From Pasteurella multocida (lineage in GTDB: Bacteria; Pseudomonadota; Gammaproteobacteria; Enterobacterales; Pasteurellaceae): DNA of 32,000 nucleotides. Below are positions 1-9,807 of the stretch, piece by piece (position 1 is the stretch's first letter; every line of letters starts with the position of its first letter). The stretch is from the NCBI RefSeq assembly GCF_900187275.1, contig NZ_LT906458.1, forward strand, positions 270,001-302,000. Reading direction: 5' to 3'. The notes under the pieces are model-generated. The model saw only the letters and a list, made by a program, of their open reading frames with translations, searched no databases and was not told the DNA's origin. The position numbers and the translations under genes were made by a program.

Positions 1-2208
<2,208 letters not shown>

Positions 2209-2358
2209 ACAACGCTCAAGTGTTTTTGGGTGTTGAGTGAGATGTTAGACGAAGACGAAGAAGAGAAAATTACTTTAGACAGCTTGTTTTTGATTAAAGT
2301 GCGAGAGTGAAGAAAGCACGAAGGAAGAACAGAAGAATAGAGAAGACATCAACCGAAT

Positions 2359-2478
2359 ATCTTGGCGGCGATAGTGCAGTGGACCCACCTAACTCCATGC
2401 CGAACTTAGAAGTGAAACGCTGTAACGCCGATGGTAGTGTGGGGCTTCCCCATGTGAGAGTAGGACACCGCCAGGTCT
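2359..2478 (+). rRNA. rrf: 5S ribosomal RNA
   Basis: 120 nt that align along their length with E. coli 5S (CCCACCT..CCATGCCGAAC..AGAAGTGAAACGC..GATGGTAGTGTGGGG..CCCCATG.GAGAGTAGG..CCAGG). It lies about 150 nt after the 23S end, across a purine-rich spacer. Confidence 0.95.
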
Positions 2479-2488
2479 GAATGAGAAG

Positions 2489-2521
2489 AAACCTCAAGTA
2501 GAGATACTTGAGGTTTTTTTT
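2489..2521 (+). terminator. Intrinsic terminator of the rrn operon
   Basis: 12-bp perfect stem AAACCTCAAGTA / TACTTGAGGTTT with loop GAGA, followed by a T-run, directly after the 5S gene. Confidence 0.88.
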
Positions 2522-2643
2522 GTGTTTGGAGAGAGTGGGGATATGGGGAGAGTGTCATTTGCATAAAAAGCATGGAAATGAGGAAAGCTCAGGGGCGCCA
2601 TGCTGTGATTACATGCACGATGACCCATTGATTGCAGCTAGAT

Positions 2644-3315
2644 TTATTTTAGAATGTCATCAAGCTCAAAGCCTTTTGTCATCACACTTACACTTGGTGA
2701 TGCTTCATATTGCCAGAGCATATCTGATGAAGCATTAGACAATTTCACTTCAATACTTTCCCCTTGTTTAAAGGTGAGGGGTAAGAAATCAACAGGGGAA
2801 TCATTCACATAGGCGGAAATGAAGGTGACATCCAGAGCTTGATTTGTATCATTATTTATCTTGAGTGTTAGGCTTAATGCGAGGTCAGAGAGATATTCTC
2901 TATCCATAAAGTCACGGATATTTTTTGCTAATTTATCGCTTGTTTGAACATTTAAATAGTGATTTTTATAGCTATAAATATTTACGTTATGTTTTATCTC
3001 TGAGCTATCATCCAATTTCCCCACAGCAATAGGGATTTCAAAACTTGCAAAAGAATTAAAGTTTTTTTGATAGCATTCTTTATAAACAGCATTATCAAAA
3101 ACATTAGGAATTTTTTGTTGAATTTGAATAAGGGCATCGGAGGGCTTTCTAGAGTCTTCATGGCTAGAACATGTTGCAATTTCAACATTTAAGATACCAC
3201 TTTCTACTTTAATTGGCTCATTCAATAAGGCTTTTAATGAGATATCTTTTTCTATTTCTGCTTTACATGCACATAACGCAACGATGCAACAAGAAAGTAC
3301 AAGCGTTTTTTTCAT
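2644..3315 (-). CDS. Hypothetical lipoprotein (223 aa), no family recognised
   Basis: ORF with a strong SD (AAGGAG, reverse complement of 3322-3330) upstream of the ATG. The N-terminus MKKTLVLSCCIVALCAC has a signal peptide plus a lipobox (L-C-A-C). The gene is visibly more AT-rich than the flanking housekeeping genes. Confidence 0.65.
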   Translation of the reverse strand: MKKTLVLSCCIVALCACKAEIEKDISLKALLNEPIKVESGILNVEIATCSSHEDSRKPSDALIQIQQKIPNVFDNAVYKECYQKNFNSFASFEIPIAVGKLDDSSEIKHNVNIYSYKNHYLNVQTSDKLAKNIRDFMDREYLSDLALSLTLKINNDTNQALDVTFISAYVNDSPVDFLPLTFKQGESIEVKLSNASSDMLWQYEASPSVSVMTKGFELDDILK

Positions 3316-3530
3316 TTTAGCACTCCTTACTAAGATCCTAGGCTCTGAATTAAGTTATACCTGATTCCAAATTTACTACATATTGTTTTTACGGTAAAGC
3401 ATTCTTCCGTTGTCAGTTGGTAATGAGAAAAGCAATAGCTCTAACACGATAAACGATGCCGAGATGAATCCAAAAACAGTGTGTTTTTATGAAAGTAGGG
3501 GATTTTATATTTGGAATATTAAAGATAAAG

Positions 3531-3558
3531 AAAAAGCCGACTTAACGTCGGCTTTTTT
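3531..3558. terminator. Bidirectional intrinsic terminator downstream of tRNA-Leu
   Basis: 8-bp stem AAGCCGAC / GTCGGCTT (3534-3541 / 3547-3554) flanked by an A-run on the left and a T-run on the right. It gives a U-tract on either strand. Confidence 0.8.
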
Positions 3559-3575
3559 GTAATGCTATTTATCAA

Positions 3576-3660
3576 TGGTGCCTAGGGCCGGACTCGAACC
3601 GGCACACCCGAAGGCGGTTGATTTTGAATCAACTGCGTCTACCAATTTCGCCACCCAGGC
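3576..3660 (-). tRNA. tRNA-Leu (anticodon CAA)
   Basis: The reverse complement reads GCCTGGGTGGCGAAATTGGTAGACGCAGTTGATTCAAAATCAACCGCCTTCGGGTGTGCCGGTTCGAGTCCGGCCCTAGGCACCA. It has a 7-bp acceptor stem, an anticodon stem GTTGA/TCAAC with loop TT-CAA-AA, a long variable arm, a GGTTCGAGTCC T-arm and an encoded CCA. Length is 85 nt. Confidence 0.92.
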
Positions 3661-3693
3661 TAATATTGATAAAGAGCATCAAATTAGGTCTGT

Positions 3694-3721
3694 ATTATAC
3701 CTTTTCATTGATAGGTTACAA
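3694..3721 (-). promoter_or_regulatory. Candidate sigma70 promoter for tRNA-Leu
   Basis: On the minus strand: TTGTAA (3721-3716), 16-nt spacer, TATAAT (3699-3694). This is about 30 nt upstream of the mature tRNA 5' end. Confidence 0.45.
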
Positions 3722-3805
3722 GCAAAAAATGATTTTAGATATTCAATTGTCTTTATTTTCATCAGTGTGGCTGTTCTCTCTTACTTTATTCAGGTGCAGT
3801 GAAGT

Positions 3806-3834
3806 AACCTTATAAAAATAAAGGTTTTTTGTTT
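3806..3834 (+). terminator. Orphan plus-strand intrinsic terminator-like hairpin
   Basis: Stem AACCTT / AAGGTT (3806-3811 / 3821-3826) with a 9-nt AT loop, followed by TTTTTTGTTT. No annotated plus-strand gene lies upstream. See the finding on 3729-3834. Confidence 0.5.
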
Positions 3835-3875
3835 AAATTTTAAATAACTTTTTTGTAAAAAGATCGCAGTTTCTT

Positions 3876-3904
3876 TTGAAAAAAAGACCGATTACAAATA
3901 TAAT
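3876..3904 (+). promoter_or_regulatory. Sigma70 promoter of the heme-utilisation operon
   Basis: TTGAAA (3876-3881), exactly 17 nt of spacer, then a perfect TATAAT (3899-3904). It sits about 70 nt upstream of the hutX start. Confidence 0.6.
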
Positions 3905-3911
3905 TAAAAAC

Positions 3912-3931
3912 TATTATCAATATTGATAATA
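3912..3931. promoter_or_regulatory. Fur box (20-bp perfect palindrome)
   Basis: TATTATCAATATTGATAATA is a perfect inverted repeat built from GATAAT/ATTATC hexamers, like the Fur consensus GATAATGATAATCATTATC. It starts 8 nt after the -10, covering the expected transcription start, in front of heme-uptake genes. Confidence 0.7.
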
Positions 3932-3971
3932 ATGGGATTTTAACCATGACATTTATAAGGATAAAGTCAAG

Positions 3972-4463
3972 ATGATGCTAAAAGCACAAATTGCAGATTA
4001 TATTACACAAAATCCACTGGCAATTACTTTGGATATGGCTTCGCACTTTGGCAAACCTGAAGGTGAAATTTTATGTGCTTTACCTGATGAGTTTGTTCGA
4101 GTGTTTCCTGCGGAACGTGCGGAGGAAGTGCTTGCTGAGATCAGTAGTTGGGGGATTTTCACGACCATTATTGAAAAAGAAGGATCGATTTTTGAAATTA
4201 AAGACCGTTTTCCGACCGGGATGGTTGGGCGTGGTTATTATAATTTGAATATGAAAGATGAAGAAGGCACGCTTCATGGTCACCTTAAATTAGATAACAT
4301 CAGCAAAATTGCCTTTGTGAGTTTACCGTTTCGCGGTAAAGAAAGTTATAACATCGCATTTATTGCGAATAATGGGCAAACTATTTTTAAAGTTTATTTG
4401 GGGCGCGATGCTGAGCGTCAATTATTTCCAGAACAAGTTCAAAAATTTAAAGCATTTATTTAG
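3972..4463 (+). CDS. hutX: Heme utilisation cytosolic carrier protein, HutX/HugX (ChuX-like) family
   Basis: 163 aa. It aligns by eye with Vibrio cholerae HutX (..GSIFE.K..FP.G...RGYYNL......LHGHLKL.NIS..A.VS.PF.G.ES......A..G...FK.YLGRD..R.L.PEQV..FKA). Context is next to hutZ and a heme receptor. Confidence 0.85.
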   Translation: MMLKAQIADYITQNPLAITLDMASHFGKPEGEILCALPDEFVRVFPAERAEEVLAEISSWGIFTTIIEKEGSIFEIKDRFPTGMVGRGYYNLNMKDEEGTLHGHLKLDNISKIAFVSLPFRGKESYNIAFIANNGQTIFKVYLGRDAERQLFPEQVQKFKAFI

Positions 4464-4478
4464 AAGGTTAAAAAAGTA

Positions 4479-4994
4479 ATGACAACAAATCGTCAAGAAG
4501 TATTACAAAATCGTTTAGGTCCAGAAATTCAAGAGTTAAAGGCACAATGTAAAACAGTCATGCTCGCTACTGTCGGTGAAGATGGTAATCCCAATGTGAG
4601 TTATGCGCCATTTGCAATTAATAATGGGGAATACCAAGTCTTTATTTCTACTATTGCACGTCATGCACGTAATCTACAAGAAGTACCAAAAGTTTCTTTA
4701 ATGTTGATCGAAGATGAAAGTCAAAGTCGTCAGATTTTTGCTCGTCGTCGTTTATCTTTTGATGCGGTTGCGCGTGTTGTCGAGAGAGAAAGTGAAGAAT
4801 GGCATTCTGGTGTTGAGGCACTCAAAGCAAGACATGGTGCATTAATGGATGAATTGTCTCGGATGAAAGATTTTCATTTGTTTAGTTTTAAGCCCTCACA
4901 AGGGTTATTTGTAAAAGGTTTTGGTCAAGCTTTCCAAGTGAGTAATGATGATTTAGTGAGCTTTGTTCACTTGGTTGAAGGACACCAAGAATAA
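4479..4994 (+). CDS. hutZ: Heme utilisation protein HutZ/HugZ (pyridoxamine-5'-phosphate-oxidase-like split-barrel fold)
   Basis: 171 aa. Strong by-eye match to V. cholerae HutZ (PNVSYAPF, IARHARNL, MIEDE...Q.FAR.RL.FDAVA..VER.SE.W, QGLFVKGFGQA.QVS.DDLV.FVHL.EGH). Confidence 0.88.
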   Translation: MTTNRQEVLQNRLGPEIQELKAQCKTVMLATVGEDGNPNVSYAPFAINNGEYQVFISTIARHARNLQEVPKVSLMLIEDESQSRQIFARRRLSFDAVARVVERESEEWHSGVEALKARHGALMDELSRMKDFHLFSFKPSQGLFVKGFGQAFQVSNDDLVSFVHLVEGHQE

Positions 4995-5035
4995 ATTTTG
5001 TCAACTTTTTAGGGTATTTACTTGAGGTTAGGAAA

Positions 5036-7939
5036 ATGCGTACAACAACAATAAAATTTTCTGCAATTACATTGGCATTATTGAGTTATTGTGGGACCAT
5101 TTTGGCGGATAGTCATCAAGAGGCGACTGAACTTGATACGATTACCGTTTCTTCTCAACAAGATGAGATGAATATTAAAGAGAAAAAAATCGGTGAAACT
5201 GTGAAAACGGCGAGTCAATTGAAACGCCAGCAAGTACAGGATAGTCGTGATCTTGTGCGCTATGAAACCGGTGTGACTGTGGTAGAAGCTGGACGTTTTG
5301 GTTCGAGCGGTTATGCCATTCGTGGTGTGGATGAGAACCGAGTAGCAATTACAGTAGATGGCTTACATCAAGCAGAAACCCTTTCTTCTCAAGGCTTTAA
5401 AGAATTATTCGAAGGTTACGGCAATTTTAACAATACCCGAAATAGTGTGGAAATTGAGACGTTGAAAGTCGCTAAAATCGCGAAAGGTGCTGATTCTGTA
5501 AAAGTGGGTAGTGGTTCTTTGGGAGGCGCTGTACTTTTTGAAACAAAAGATGCCAGAGATTTCCTGACTGAAAAAGATTGGCATATCGGCTATAAAGCGG
5601 GCTACTCAACGGCAGATAATCAGGGATTAAATGCAGTGACTCTTGCAGGTCGCTATCAAATGTTTGATGCATTGATTATGCATTCTAAGCGACATGGACA
5701 TGAATTAGAAAATTATGACTATAAAAATGGCAGAGATATTCAAGGGAAAGAAAGAGAGAAAGCGGATCCTTATACGATTACGAAAGAAAGTACATTAGTG
5801 AAATTCTCTTTTTCGCCAACAGAAAATCATCGTTTTACAGTCGCTTCTGATACTTATCTTCAGCATTCCCGCGGACATGATCTTTCATATAATCTTGTTG
5901 CAACAACACATATTCAGTTAGATGAGAAAGAATCTCGTCATGCAAATGATTTGACAAAACGTAAAAATGTTTCCTTTACTTATGAAAATTATACTGTTAC
6001 GCCATTTTGGGATACGCTCAAGTTAAGCTATTCACAACAAAGAATTACAACAAGAGCAAGAACAGAAGATTATTGTGATGGAAATGAGTTATGTGATTCT
6101 TATAAAAATCCATTAGGTCTCCAATTTAAAGATGGTCAGATTCTTGATCCTGCAGGGAATAAAATTAAACTACAGGGGTCTGGATTGAGCACTCAGATTG
6201 TAGATGAAAATGGAAAACCATTTCCTACAACAACAGGTACTAATAATGCTGCTTTTAGTAATAATTTACGACTCAGGCCTACAGGTTTTTGGTTAGATTG
6301 CTCGGTTTTTGACTGTAATAAACCATTCACTGTTTATAATATTAGTAATGGAACATATCAAGCAAGAGAGGTTCTACTGTCTGAAGAGATAACTGTGGAT
6401 GGTAAATTATACAAAACAGCTAAGGAAGAAGGAGGGCTTCCAAATTATTTGATTTTACCTAATTCTAAAGGTTATCTTCCTTATGATTATAAAGAAAGGG
6501 ATCTTAATACGAATACAAAACAAATTAATTTAGATTTAACTAAAACATTTTTAACTTTCAACATCGAAAATAATCTGTCATATGGTGGAGTTTATTCTCG
6601 GATAGAGAAAGAAATGATTAATAAAGCTGGTTATGAGGGGAGAAATCCTACTTGGTGGGCTGATAGAATTTTAGGGCAAAGTAGTTACTGTGGTTATAAT
6701 GCATTGAAGTGTCCGAAACATGAGCCATTAACGTCATTTTTAATTCCAGTTGAAGCAACGACACAGTCATTATATTTTGCAAATATTCTTAAGGTACATA
6801 ATATGATTAGCATAGATTTAGGATATCGTTATGATCATATTAAATATAACCCTGAATACACTCCAGGAGTAACTCCAAAAATTCCAGATGATATGGTAAA
6901 AGGTTTGTTTATTCCTATGCCAAAAGAGCCACAGCTAAAGGATTTTTATTATAACTATGCTAAATTTGGTGAGGCCTATAAAAAATGGAAAGAATATCTG
7001 CCAAAAAATGCGGAAGAAAATATTGCTTACATTGCTCAAGATAAGACATTTAAAAAACATTCTTATTCTCTTGGTGCAACTTTCGATCCTCTGAATTTTT
7101 TACGAGTACAAGTAAAATATTCAAAAGGGTTTAGAGCCCCGACTTCGGATGAACTTTATTTTACCTTTAAGCATCCAGATTTTACGATTTTACCGAACCC
7201 CGTGTTGAAACCAGAGGAAGCAAAAAATCAAGAGATTGCATTAACAGTGCACGATAATTGGGGATTTGTTAGCACAAGTGTTTTCCAAACAAAGTATCGT
7301 CATTTTATTGATTTAGCGTATTTAGGTTCAAGAAATTTATCGAATTCCGTGGGAGGGCAGGCACAAGCAAGAGATTTCCAAGTTTATCAAAATGTCAATG
7401 TCGATAATGCCAAAGTTAAAGGACTTGAAATTAATGCACGTTTGAATTTGGGATATTTTTGGCATGTGTTGGATGGATTTAATACGAGCTATAAATTCAC
7501 TTACCAACGTGGTCGTTTGGATGGCGATCGTCCAATGAATGCGATTCAGCCTAAAGCTTCTGTTTTTGGTTTGGGCTACGATCATAAAGAAAATAAATTT
7601 GGCGCTGATTTATATATTACACGTGTGAGTGAGAAAAAAGCGAAAGACACTTATAATATGTTCTATAAAGAACAGGGATATAAAGATAGTGCTGTTCGTT
7701 GGAGAAGTGATGACTATACGCTAGTTGATGCGGTTGGTTATATTAAACCGATTAAGAATTTAACGTTACAGTTTGGCGTTTATAATTTGACAGACCGTAA
7801 ATACTTGACATGGGAATCTGCTCGTTCGATTAAACCATTTGGTACAAGTAATTTAATTAATCAAAAAACAGGCGCAGGAATTAATCGTTTTTACTCACCA
7901 GGTCGTAACTTTAAACTCAGTGCCGAAATCACCTTCTAA
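5036..7939 (+). CDS. hgbA: TonB-dependent hemoglobin/heme outer-membrane receptor (HgbA/Hgp-like), 967 aa
   Basis: Has a signal peptide and a TonB-box-like ELDTITVSS. Plug-domain motifs are present (RDLVRYETGVTVVE, GYAIRGVDENRVAITVDG, IAKGADSVKVGSGSLGGAV). The C-terminus has the beta-barrel signature ending ...NFKLSAEITF (terminal Phe). The hugX-hugZ-hgbA arrangement is known from other Pasteurellaceae. The exact ligand (hemoglobin versus heme) is not determinable here. Confidence 0.85.
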   Translation: MRTTTIKFSAITLALLSYCGTILADSHQEATELDTITVSSQQDEMNIKEKKIGETVKTASQLKRQQVQDSRDLVRYETGVTVVEAGRFGSSGYAIRGVDENRVAITVDGLHQAETLSSQGFKELFEGYGNFNNTRNSVEIETLKVAKIAKGADSVKVGSGSLGGAVLFETKDARDFLTEKDWHIGYKAGYSTADNQGLNAVTLAGRYQMFDALIMHSKRHGHELENYDYKNGRDIQGKEREKADPYTITKESTLVKFSFSPTENHRFTVASDTYLQHSRGHDLSYNLVATTHIQLDEKESRHANDLTKRKNVSFTYENYTVTPFWDTLKLSYSQQRITTRARTEDYCDGNELCDSYKNPLGLQFKDGQILDPAGNKIKLQGSGLSTQIVDENGKPFPTTTGTNNAAFSNNLRLRPTGFWLDCSVFDCNKPFTVYNISNGTYQAREVLLSEEITVDGKLYKTAKEEGGLPNYLILPNSKGYLPYDYKERDLNTNTKQINLDLTKTFLTFNIENNLSYGGVYSRIEKEMINKAGYEGRNPTWWADRILGQSSYCGYNALKCPKHEPLTSFLIPVEATTQSLYFANILKVHNMISIDLGYRYDHIKYNPEYTPGVTPKIPDDMVKGLFIPMPKEPQLKDFYYNYAKFGEAYKKWKEYLPKNAEENIAYIAQDKTFKKHSYSLGATFDPLNFLRVQVKYSKGFRAPTSDELYFTFKHPDFTILPNPVLKPEEAKNQEIALTVHDNWGFVSTSVFQTKYRHFIDLAYLGSRNLSNSVGGQAQARDFQVYQNVNVDNAKVKGLEINARLNLGYFWHVLDGFNTSYKFTYQRGRLDGDRPMNAIQPKASVFGLGYDHKENKFGADLYITRVSEKKAKDTYNMFYKEQGYKDSAVRWRSDDYTLVDAVGYIKPIKNLTLQFGVYNLTDRKYLTWESARSIKPFGTSNLINQKTGAGINRFYSPGRNFKLSAEITF

Positions 7940-7944
7940 TCCTA

Positions 7945-7970
7945 AGCCTGCGTATGCAGGCTTTCTTTTT
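7945..7970 (+). terminator. Intrinsic terminator after the receptor gene
   Basis: Stem AGCCTGC / GCAGGCT with loop GTAT, followed by TTCTTTTT. It begins 6 nt after the stop codon. Confidence 0.85.
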
Positions 7971-7975
7971 AGGGA

Positions 7976-7984
7976 AAGTGCGGT
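7976..7984 (+). repeat. Uptake signal sequence (USS) core AAGTGCGGT
   Basis: Exact 9-mer, intergenic. It is one of 12 exact cores in the window; the full list is in the USS finding (15947-22089). Confidence 0.9.
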
Positions 7985-8105
7985 GGATTTGACAAAGATT
8001 TATTGCTTTTCTGTAAATCAATGCTAAAATTCACACTCCTTTGTCGTAGCTGGATTAGAGATCGGCTAGCGATGTATTTTTAACTTAACTTTTAGGAGTT
8101 ATCAA

Positions 8106-8375
8106 ATGTCTCTAAGTACAGAAAAAAAAGCAGCAATTGTTGCTGAATTTGGTCGTGATGCAAAAGATACCGGTTCTTCAGAAGTGCAAATCGCATTATT
8201 AACTGCACAAATCAACCACTTACAATCTCACTTTGCAACGCACAAAAAAGACCACCACGGTCGTCGTGGTTTATTGCGTATGGTTTCTCGTCGTCGTAAA
8301 CTTTTAGATTACTTAAAACGTACTAATCTTGAGCTTTACACTTCAACTATCGCTCGTTTAGGTTTACGTCGCTAA
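8106..8375 (+). CDS. rpsO: 30S ribosomal protein S15
   Basis: 89 aa, [55 protein letters not shown]-like. Essentially colinear with E. coli S15. SD is AGGAG. Confidence 0.98.
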   Translation: MSLSTEKKAAIVAEFGRDAKDTGSSEVQIALLTAQINHLQSHFATHKKDHHGRRGLLRMVSRRRKLLDYLKRTNLELYTSTIARLGLRR

Positions 8376-8403
8376 TTTGTATTAGGATTTATTCCAAACA
8401 AAA

Positions 8404-8438
8404 AACCCTTGATAATTTTATCAAGGGTTTTCTTTTTT
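8404..8438 (+). terminator. rpsO intrinsic terminator
   Basis: 11-bp stem AACCCTTGATA / TATCAAGGGTT with a 4-nt loop, followed by TTCTTTTTT. Confidence 0.9.
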
Positions 8439-8474
8439 CTGCATACTAGGCATGTTTAAATTATCGCAAAACAC

Positions 8475-8501
8475 ACCGCACATTTCGTGGAAAAGTGCGG
8501 T
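8475..8501. terminator. USS-containing hairpin downstream of apbC/mrp
   Basis: ACCGCAC (8475-8481) pairs with GTGCGGT (8495-8501). The right arm is an exact USS core (8493-8501) and the left arm is a one-mismatch inverted copy. T/A runs flank it. It lies in the convergent gap between rpsO and mrp. Confidence 0.55.
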
Positions 8502-8513
8502 CATTTTTTTAAT

Positions 8514-9626
8514 TTATTTTACTTCTTTAAACATGATCTCACTTGGGATTACTGAACCTTGCCAGTAAAGCTCAGTAGCGACTTTTTCAGCTAATTGCAT
8601 AAACGATTGGGCAATGTCGCTTTCAGGTGCGGCGACAACGGTTGGGATACCTTTGTCTAAATCTTCACGTAAGCGAATATGTAATGCCTGTTGTCCTAAA
8701 ACTTTGACATTATATTTTTGTGCAATGCGCTCAGCACCGCCTGTTCCGAAAATCGTTTCTTGATGACCACAATTGCTACAAATATGCATCGACATATTTT
8801 CGATAATGCCTAAAACGGGTACAGAAACACGCTCAAACATCGCCACACCTTTAATCGCATCCAGTAAAGCAATATCTTGTGGTGTTGTCACCACGACCGC
8901 CCCCGTCACTGGAATTTGTTGAGAAAGGGTCAGCTGGATATCCCCTGTACCCGGTGGCATATCAATGACTAAATAATCTAAATCAGGCCATAAGGTTTCT
9001 TGCAAAAGCTGACTTAAGGCACTGCTTGCCATTGGACCGCGCCAAATCGTAGCATTGTCCGGTTCCATTAAGAAACCAATGGAATTGGCAAAAATATGAT
9101 GTGCTTGAATTGGGGTAATGTGCTGGTTATCTGGCGAAGTTGGGCGTTGATCAGCAACCCCTAACATGTGTGGAATAGATGGACCATAAATATCGGCATC
9201 TAAAATTCCAACACGAGCACCTTGTCTTTGTAAGGCAAGAGCAAGATTGACGGAAATAGTAGATTTTCCTACACCACCTTTACCCGATGTCACGGCAATA
9301 ATATTTTTTACCCCTTTTACGGCTGGGTGGCTATTAGCGCGTTTTAATGTCGCGATTTGATAATTTAATTGCCATTTGATGTCTTTGCATTCTGCTAATG
9401 TGAGAAGTTCTGTGGAGAGAGCGCTCTTGAGTTGTTCGAATGCAGTATTCCAAGCAAACGGCATGCTGATTTCAATACGTAACGTCTCACCGCCTTTTTC
9501 AATTTTTTTGATAGCATTTAGGCTGACGAGATCTTTTTGTAAGCTAGGATGTTGAAATTGTTGAAATGTGTTTTGGATAGCTTGTTTTTGACTGTCCGTT
9601 AAACTGTCAGAAAATAAAATTCCCAT
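8514..9626 (-). CDS. apbC: Iron-sulfur cluster carrier ATPase ApbC/Mrp
   Basis: 370 aa, colinear with E. coli Mrp. It has the deviant Walker A SGKGGVGKS, the motifs DADIYGPS, DYLVIDMPPGTGD and TTPQDIAL, and CSNCGH. Confidence 0.93.
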   Translation of the reverse strand: MGILFSDSLTDSQKQAIQNTFQQFQHPSLQKDLVSLNAIKKIEKGGETLRIEISMPFAWNTAFEQLKSALSTELLTLAECKDIKWQLNYQIATLKRANSHPAVKGVKNIIAVTSGKGGVGKSTISVNLALALQRQGARVGILDADIYGPSIPHMLGVADQRPTSPDNQHITPIQAHHIFANSIGFLMEPDNATIWRGPMASSALSQLLQETLWPDLDYLVIDMPPGTGDIQLTLSQQIPVTGAVVVTTPQDIALLDAIKGVAMFERVSVPVLGIIENMSMHICSNCGHQETIFGTGGAERIAQKYNVKVLGQQALHIRLREDLDKGIPTVVAAPESDIAQSFMQLAEKVATELYWQGSVIPSEIMFKEVK

Positions 9627-9807
9627 TGATTTTATCCCGTTATTTTTGGTGGCTAATTAAAGCCCTAGTTAATCACTCAACTATATTTAACCACGAAGCT
9701 GTAGAACTGTTAAGCAGAAATGTGGAAAAGCGCGGTTAAAGTAGAAAAAATACTGCGAATAAGGTAACATAAGCGCCAATTTTTTGATGAAAAATAGGAA
9801 TGATAAC

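Noticed and set aside
2508-2738. A 76-aa plus-strand ORF immediately after the rrn terminator.
   Set aside because: It has no SD, starts inside the terminator T-run and overlaps the 3' end of the better-supported minus-strand lipoprotein gene. It is likely spurious.
2644-3660. A tRNA-associated genomic island (integrase, att duplication of the tRNA 3' end).
   Set aside because: There is no integrase or recombinase ORF, and I could find no partial duplicate of the tRNA-Leu 3' end nearby. Only the compositional oddity of the lipoprotein gene remains.
3575-3815. ORFs 3575-3802 and 3618-3815 (75 and 65 aa).
   Set aside because: Their 5' parts are the reverse complement of tRNA-Leu. Only the last 28 codons of the second ORF (from ATG 3729) are kept, as a low-confidence small-ORF hypothesis.
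5036-5110. Phase-variation tract in the receptor gene, looking for CCAA repeats as in H. influenzae hgp genes or a long homopolymer.
   Set aside because: Only ACAACAACAA (three trinucleotide units, in frame) and an A7 run at about 5184-5190 are present. These are too short to call phase-variable.
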